A stretch of DNA of 64,000 nt from positions 11,646-75,645 of the forward strand of contig JAHDCI010000001.1 in assembly GCA_020629955.1 (NCBI GenBank), given 5' to 3'. The first letter of the stretch is position 1; each line of letters starts with the position of its first letter. The stretch is from Myxococcota bacterium. Its GTDB lineage: Bacteria > Myxococcota_A > Polyangia > Polyangiales > Houyiibacteriaceae. The translations under genes were made by a program, and so were the position numbers. The notes beneath the pieces are model-generated. The model did no database searches, had not been told where the DNA came from, and was given only the letters and a program-made list of their open reading frames with translations. Shown here one piece after another: positions 62,385 through 64,000 of the stretch.

Positions 62385-62455
62385 GCCATCGCGGCTTACC
62401 ATCGAGGCGTCCTGAAATCGCGACAGCGAGCACAGGCGTGCGCTATCCTGGTGAA

Positions 62456-63151
62456 GTGAAACGCTTCCTTTTCATTCTCACGCTGTTCGTACCTCTTGCA
62501 GCTGGCTGCGGCGACGACGACGTGCGGCGATGCAACTCCCCCGCAGATTGTGACGGGGATCGATGCTTTAACGGACTGTGTGTCCCCGACGAAGCGCTCC
62601 CCGACGCTTCGGCGGAGGACAGCGGACAAGACGCCGGGATGGACGATGCCGCAGTCAACGATGCCGCAGTCGACGCGAGCGCAGATACTGGCGGGGGAGG
62701 AGATGCGGCAATCGACGATTCTGGCACCCAAGACGCCAACACGGAGGACGCCAGCACCGAAGACGCCGGCGCCGGGGACGCCGCAATGGACGCGGAAGTC
62801 GACGCAGGTCGAGACGACGCCGCACCCACCTGTCCGAACATTCTCGGAACGTGGAGCGTCTGCGATCATCCTTCGTGCGCTGCGGCACAATGCTATGCCG
62901 ACGAAGTCGAGATCATCACCGATTCGCGCAGCCCGTTTGAGTGCGGCTTCCGCGTCACGGCGGATGGACGTCCAGCCGGACCGAACGTTGCCGGCGCGTT
63001 CGGCACCGACGATGGCCGAATGTTCGAGGAAAACGGCATTCTGGTCGATGACCAAAGCTGTTCGTCGATTTCGCGACCGGAAGACGACGCACTCGAAATC
63101 ACCAGCTGCGGCGGGGGACGTGGCTGCGGCGTTCGTCTCGTTCGGTTCTAG
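62456..63151 (+). CDS. Acidic Cys-containing lipoprotein (hypothetical)
   Basis: The GTG start gives VKRFLFILTLFVPLAAGC GDDD (lipobox). A D/A-rich low-complexity linker follows, then a C-terminal domain with conserved Cys. Confidence 0.6.
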   Translation: MKRFLFILTLFVPLAAGCGDDDVRRCNSPADCDGDRCFNGLCVPDEALPDASAEDSGQDAGMDDAAVNDAAVDASADTGGGGDAAIDDSGTQDANTEDASTEDAGAGDAAMDAEVDAGRDDAAPTCPNILGTWSVCDHPSCAAAQCYADEVEIITDSRSPFECGFRVTADGRPAGPNVAGAFGTDDGRMFEENGILVDDQSCSSISRPEDDALEITSCGGGRGCGVRLVRF

Positions 63152-63311
63152 CGGGCTCGTGAAAAACGCCCGAAACCGCTTCGCGGTATTTTCACGGACT
63201 CAAACGCCATCCAACTCTCGCCACGTATGGACAACACGAGTCCAATCATCGGACGCATCTGTGCACGCCAACATCCAACGAATCAAAATCGGCCCTTTTC
63301 CTACAGCTGAC
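63151..63311 (+). mobile_element. MITE-like TIR element, copy 3 (161 bp)
   Basis: It aligns with copy 1 over its full length, and both are 161 bp. TA flanks lie at 63149-63150 and 63312-63313. The right TIR is degenerate. Confidence 0.6.
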
Positions 63312-63313
63312 TA

Positions 63314-63970
63314 ATGCTTCCAAGAATCCTTTCGACGATCGCGATCACGGCGCTCTTGCTCCTCTCCGGCTGCAGTGAGAACGCGGAGGCAAGCGCCAGC
63401 CAAAGCAGCGCAAACCATCCGGCGCAGGTCCACATCAACCTCGACGATCCGCAAACGCTCTTTACTTGGTACGACGAAGACGGGCCGCATATCACGGAAT
63501 CGCGAGAAACAATTCCGGAGGCCCACCGCGCCCGCGTCCGAGTCGATTCCCTCGCCCTCTCCCCGGAGGACCGAGATCCGGGTGTTGTCTACGTGGTTGA
63601 TCTTCGCGTCGCGGAGCCTGAGATCGAAGCGGTCGACCGAGAAGCATTTGATGCCCTCCTCGCTCCCGAAGAGCCTGCGGCGACAGAGCTTCCCACCGAA
63701 CCACAGGAGCTCGCTCAGAATTCGAGCGATGTCACCATTTTCGGAGCGTCCTGGTGCGGAGCCTGTCGGCAGGCCAAGGCGTATCTGCGGTCCCGCGATA
63801 TCGATTTTGTCGAACGCGATGTCGAAGAGGAGCCCGGCGCTCGAGCGGAAATGCAGCGACGGGCGCGGGAAGCCGGCGTTCGGGTAAGTGGCATCCCCGT
63901 GATCGATTTCCGCGGGACCATCTTAAGCGGGTTTAACCGCTCCGCGATCGATCGACTGGCCGGTTTATGA
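63314..63970 (+). CDS. Lipoprotein with a C-terminal glutaredoxin-like (CxxC thioredoxin-fold) domain
   Basis: The lipobox is ALLLLSGC SEN. The C-terminal VTIFGASWCGACRQAKAYLRSRDIDFVERDVEEEP...GIPVIDFRGTILSGF matches the glutaredoxin family pattern. Confidence 0.75.
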   Translation: MLPRILSTIAITALLLLSGCSENAEASASQSSANHPAQVHINLDDPQTLFTWYDEDGPHITESRETIPEAHRARVRVDSLALSPEDRDPGVVYVVDLRVAEPEIEAVDREAFDALLAPEEPAATELPTEPQELAQNSSDVTIFGASWCGACRQAKAYLRSRDIDFVERDVEEEPGARAEMQRRAREAGVRVSGIPVIDFRGTILSGFNRSAIDRLAGL

Positions 63971-64000
63971 GCGTGTTGGACGGTCGTCTTTTCGGTGAAG

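Noticed and set aside
63967-64000. A possible next gene starting at ATG 63967, overlapping the glutaredoxin-like gene's stop.
   Set aside because: Only 11 codons lie inside the window, which is too short to support a call.

Overview
This is a high-GC, gene-dense chromosomal window. I call 57 protein genes, 1 tRNA, 3 copies of a short mobile repeat, several tandem repeats and several intrinsic terminators. By inference the organism is a Myxococcota/Bradymonadia-type deltaproteobacterium. The supporting signs are a MYXO-CTERM-like sorting tail, AgmX/PglI-type TonB-C domains, a Hanks kinase with a PP2C phosphatase, many lipoproteins that start C-G-D-D-D after the lipobox, and Cys-rich secreted proteins. 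Housekeeping anchors are rpmH-rnpA-yidC-jag (rpmH is missing from the ORF track), radC, metH, glmU, tatD, tRNA-Pro(CGG), a czcCBA-type RND metal efflux operon, an ABC-2 exporter pair, a SulP transporter, an SPFH protein, and a solitary rplC with its own terminator. Five structures go beyond ordinary annotation. (1) A 156-161 bp element with terminal inverted repeats occurs three times, always just 3' of a gene and in that gene's orientation; two copies have TA flanks that reconstruct a pre-insertion stop codon or a stop/start overlap. (2) A 17-bp x5 tandem array in a divergent intergenic region, read on the minus strand, forms a chain of SD+ATG six-codon mini-ORFs linked by ATGA overlaps into the start of a zinc-ribbon/TonB-C gene. 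(3) Three tandem paralogous small two-TM proteins end in RPxxTF, and two of them share a near-identical 68-nt 3' block while the rest of the gene has diverged. (4) An ECF sigma / anti-sigma / Spy-CpxP-like protein with a (HGGPPP)n tail lies divergent from an operon of three uncharacterized lipoproteins and near a Cys-rich lipoprotein plus czcCBA. (5) A 100-aa protein whose C-terminus closely follows the T3SS inner-rod (SctI/PrgJ/YscI) pattern lies at the end of an operon with no other T3SS genes. All functional calls come from motif recognition by eye; no database search was run.
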